Assembly (NCBI GenBank): GCA_038087875.1
Contig: CM075989.1
Coordinates: 18,106,001 to 18,170,000 of the forward strand
Length of the DNA stretch: 64,000 bases
Origin: Malacoraja senta
Lineage: Eukaryota
Direction: 5' to 3'
Shown: positions 61,331-64,000 of the stretch, piece after piece
Layout of the letters: every line of letters starts with the position of its first letter
Numbering within the stretch: the first letter of the stretch is position 1
Translations under genes and position numbers: made by a program
Notes under the pieces: generated by a model
Database searches by the model: none
What the model was told of the DNA's origin: nothing
What the model saw: the letters and a program-made list of their open reading frames with translations, nothing else

Positions 61331-61772
61331 AATATCAGCAAGACATAGGAGACTGTGATCGACTTCAGGAAGCAAAGTGGCGCACATACCCTGGTGTACA
61401 CAGCTGGCACTGAGGTAGAGGAGGTTGATGGTGTCAGGTTCTTGGGAAGAAATGTCACCAGCAAATTCTTCCTGTCCCAGCCACATGGTAGCAATGGCCA
61501 AGAAAGCACACCAACGCCTCTACTTCCTTAGGAGGCTCAGGAAATTCGCCATGTCCCCCCAACAACTCTCACCAACTTCTACAGAGCGCCGTAGAAAGCA
61601 TTTTATCGGGATGCCTCACAGCATGGTTTGGGAACTGCTCAATCCGAGATGGCTAGAAATTACAGAGAGCTGTGGACGCAGCCTTGTCCATCGCGCAAAC
61701 CAACCTCCCTTCCATTGACTCCATCTACACTTCACGCTGCCCCCGGCAAGGCCAGCCGCACAATCAAAGATA
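61331..61772 (+). mobile_element. Rex1/Babar-type LINE RT C-terminal fragment
   Basis: NISKT*ETVIDFRK...AKKAHQRLYFLRRLRKF. Confidence 0.85.
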
Positions 61773-62517
61773 AACGGAGCGCTCAGCAGTGGCAACAATT
61801 TCTGCCGTATTTACAAGTTATTCTGCTCCAACAGAACTTGGGTTTTTTGTTGTTGTATTTTCGGGACATCAATCTGAAAGGATGACTGATAATTAGGAAT
61901 GCTTTAGATTAAACAGAAGCAAGGCATTGATTCTAAGTAAATAGATTGAAGAATGTCCTTGCGACAAACGCCTTGTTCAGCAGCGCCCTGTTCAGGCTGC
62001 AGAGGAAGGGAAAAAATGACAGTGTAGATTCTCAGTTATCTGATTCCTGTTTCAGATATCGGGCACAAAGGAAGATGATGTACAGAGGTGCCTATCTCGC
62101 AGTGATGCCCTATCGATCTGTTGAAGTAAATAAATTTCAAAAGCTCACTATTTTTAATCTCAATTCTACCGTGAGCAGGGGCACTTTGTCACTGTCACTC
62201 AGCTCTCTCGTTTGAGTTATTTAATCTTATTTTAATCAAATATTTTTGTTTCCTGACCAGTCAATCAGGTCGGCTTGTGTCAGATAAAGGTTGACAAATG
62301 GTATTACAAGACCTTTCGCTTCTGAATGGGGGCTGGGGAGAATGTTGGGTCATCTGGTGGAAAATCATTTTATTTTTTGCTTGTTAGTGGAGATTGGGTG
62401 CATTGGGTCCCTGAGTAAAACTAAACCGCACGGCCCAGCTCCCGTAGACATCAGCTGCAAATGTGTACGCTGTGTACACAGCACTTCCTGACCTCGTGCC
62501 CCTTGAAACCAACCCCA

Positions 62518-62872
62518 TTCTCCAGACGTCTGTGTTCCCTCTCCGCCAGCTGTCTATCTTCTCTTATCTCCAGCGTCTGTGTTCTCTCATCAGCATCTGT
62601 ATTCTCTCTTCTCCAGCCATCTGTGTCCTCTCTTCTCCAGCCGTCTGTTTCCTCTCATCTCCCAGCCGTCTGTTTCCTCTCTTCTCCAGCCGTCTGTGTT
62701 CTCTCTTCTCCAGCCGTCTGTGTTCTCTTTTCTCCAGACGTCTGTGTTCTCTTTTTTTCCAGACGTCTGTGTTCTCCCTTCTCCAGCCGTGTTCCCTTTT
62801 CTCCAGACGTCTGTGTTCTCTCTCCTCCAGCCGTCTGTGTTCTCGCTCCTCTAGCCGACTGTCTTCCCTCTC
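62518..62872. repeat. 24-bp minisatellite, about 15 degenerate units
   Basis: Consensus CTCCAGCCGTCTGTGTTCTCTCTT. Confidence 0.9.
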
Positions 62873-62919
62873 CTTGAAGGTTGGGTAGGCTGAGACTTTT
62901 GACTTTGGGGCGTAAAGTC

Positions 62920-63255
62920 TTGGGATAAAGTGAACGCTCACAGTCTTATTCCCAGGATCGAGGATTCTACAACTTGAGAGCACAGGCTTAAGGTGAGAGG
63001 GGAGAGATTTTAAGAGGGAACTCAGGGGCAATATTTTCACTCAGAGGCTAGTCTGTATCTGCTGAAGAGTTGTAAGAGGAAACAGATACAATTATGACTA
63101 TTGGAAGACATTTGGACATATAAAAGGATAGGAAGGGGCCTAGAGGCCATGCCCCATATGCTGGTAGATGGGACTAGCCCAGTATACCAACTTGGTCAGC
63201 ATGGACAGGTGGGCTGAAAGGCCTATTTCCATGTTGTACAGTTCTATGACTCTCT
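62920..63255 (+). mobile_element. Old CR1-type 3' fragment
   Basis: ...LKVRGERFKRELRGNIFTQR. Confidence 0.75.
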
Positions 63256-63424
63256 GATTGTGTCCTTGAAACAGCAATCCCAATCTCTACACCCTCTTGT
63301 CCTGCCCCTGTCCCCCCTAGCCCTTGACATTCGGATAGTTCCCAGCTTCACAAAATGTCTCGTGTTCAAGATAAGGATGCCACGTCTTTGTTCGTCAACA
63401 GGGACCATTTTTATCGTTAAAGAA

Positions 63425-63747
63425 GGGGCAACACAGTAACGCAGCGGTAGAGTTTTGTTGCCTCACACCTCCAGAGACCCGGGCTCCATCCTGAACTATA
63501 GGTGCTGTCTGTACGGAGTTTGTACATTCTCACTGTGACCGCATGGGTTTTCTCCAGGTGCTCCGGTTTCCTCCCACACTCTAAAGACGTGCAGGTTGTA
63601 GTTAATTGGCTTTGGTAAAATAGTAATTGTCCCTCGTGTGTAGGATAGTGCTAGTGGACGGGGGGGGGGGGGGTCGCTGGTCGGCATGGACTTGGTGGGC
63701 CGAAGGGCCTGTTCCCGCGCTGTATCTCAAAAGTCTAAAGTCTAAAG
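63425..63747 (+). mobile_element. HE1-type V-SINE
   Basis: Head, V-domain and (AAGTCT)n tail. Confidence 0.9.
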
Positions 63748-64000
63748 ATGGCAGCAGGCCTGCCCTGTGCTGTCGAGGAATAGCAATAACTAGGAGGATT
63801 TTAATTGTTTCCTAAGAACCACCTGCAGGATGAAAGGCTGATTCTTTTCCCTATCGCAGAAGATATGATTGAAGATTTTAAACTAATGAAAGGATTTGTT
63901 CTGATCGTAGCAGAGAGAGCTGTAAGGTGGGTAACCTAAAGAGCATTAAGAACACAAGAAGAACTGGTTTAAAAAAAGGCTAGTGTCAGACAAAAGAAGG

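Noticed and set aside
61425..61718. HQRLYFLRRLRKF ORFs (also 17425-17763) as ALKBH8/DUF1891 genes
   Set aside because: Frameshifted, multi-copy retrotransposon RT C-termini.
62461..63040. Overlapping repetitive ORFs, or a CRISPR-like array
   Set aside because: A tandem 24-bp minisatellite with no unique spacers and no cas genes, in a eukaryotic context.

Overview
Repeat-dense vertebrate non-coding DNA. The repeat content (HE1-type tRNA-derived V-SINEs with CR1/HER1-type 3' tails, CR1, Rex1/Babar, L1, RTE and Penelope-like fragments) indicates a cartilaginous fish, probably a skate or ray (inference). I recognise no host protein-coding exon; the interpretable ORFs are retroelement fragments or simple-repeat artefacts. 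Unique sequence includes a CpG-rich putative promoter/first exon (minus strand, ~22.2-22.9 kb), a CpG-rich E-box/CRE/AP-1/CCAAT cluster (~11.75-12.03 kb) and several enhancer-like blocks. The most interesting signals are RNA-structural. (1) Roughly 25 intact-to-degenerate copies of a short Penelope-derived element carry a minimal hammerhead motif (CUGAAGA-A-GGGU[loop]ACCC-GAAA-CGUC); several have 15-16 bp target-site duplications (TSDs) and internal inversions. (2) A 517-bp bipartite non-autonomous RTE with a 12-bp TSD starts exactly at an HDV-ribozyme-like nested pseudoknot. Also present: two Harbinger-type MITEs sharing TIR ends, a young L1 3' end, a shared CR1-SINE chimera and three old local duplications. 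Repeat boundaries are approximate unless TSD/TIR positions are given, and family names are from recognition, not database search.
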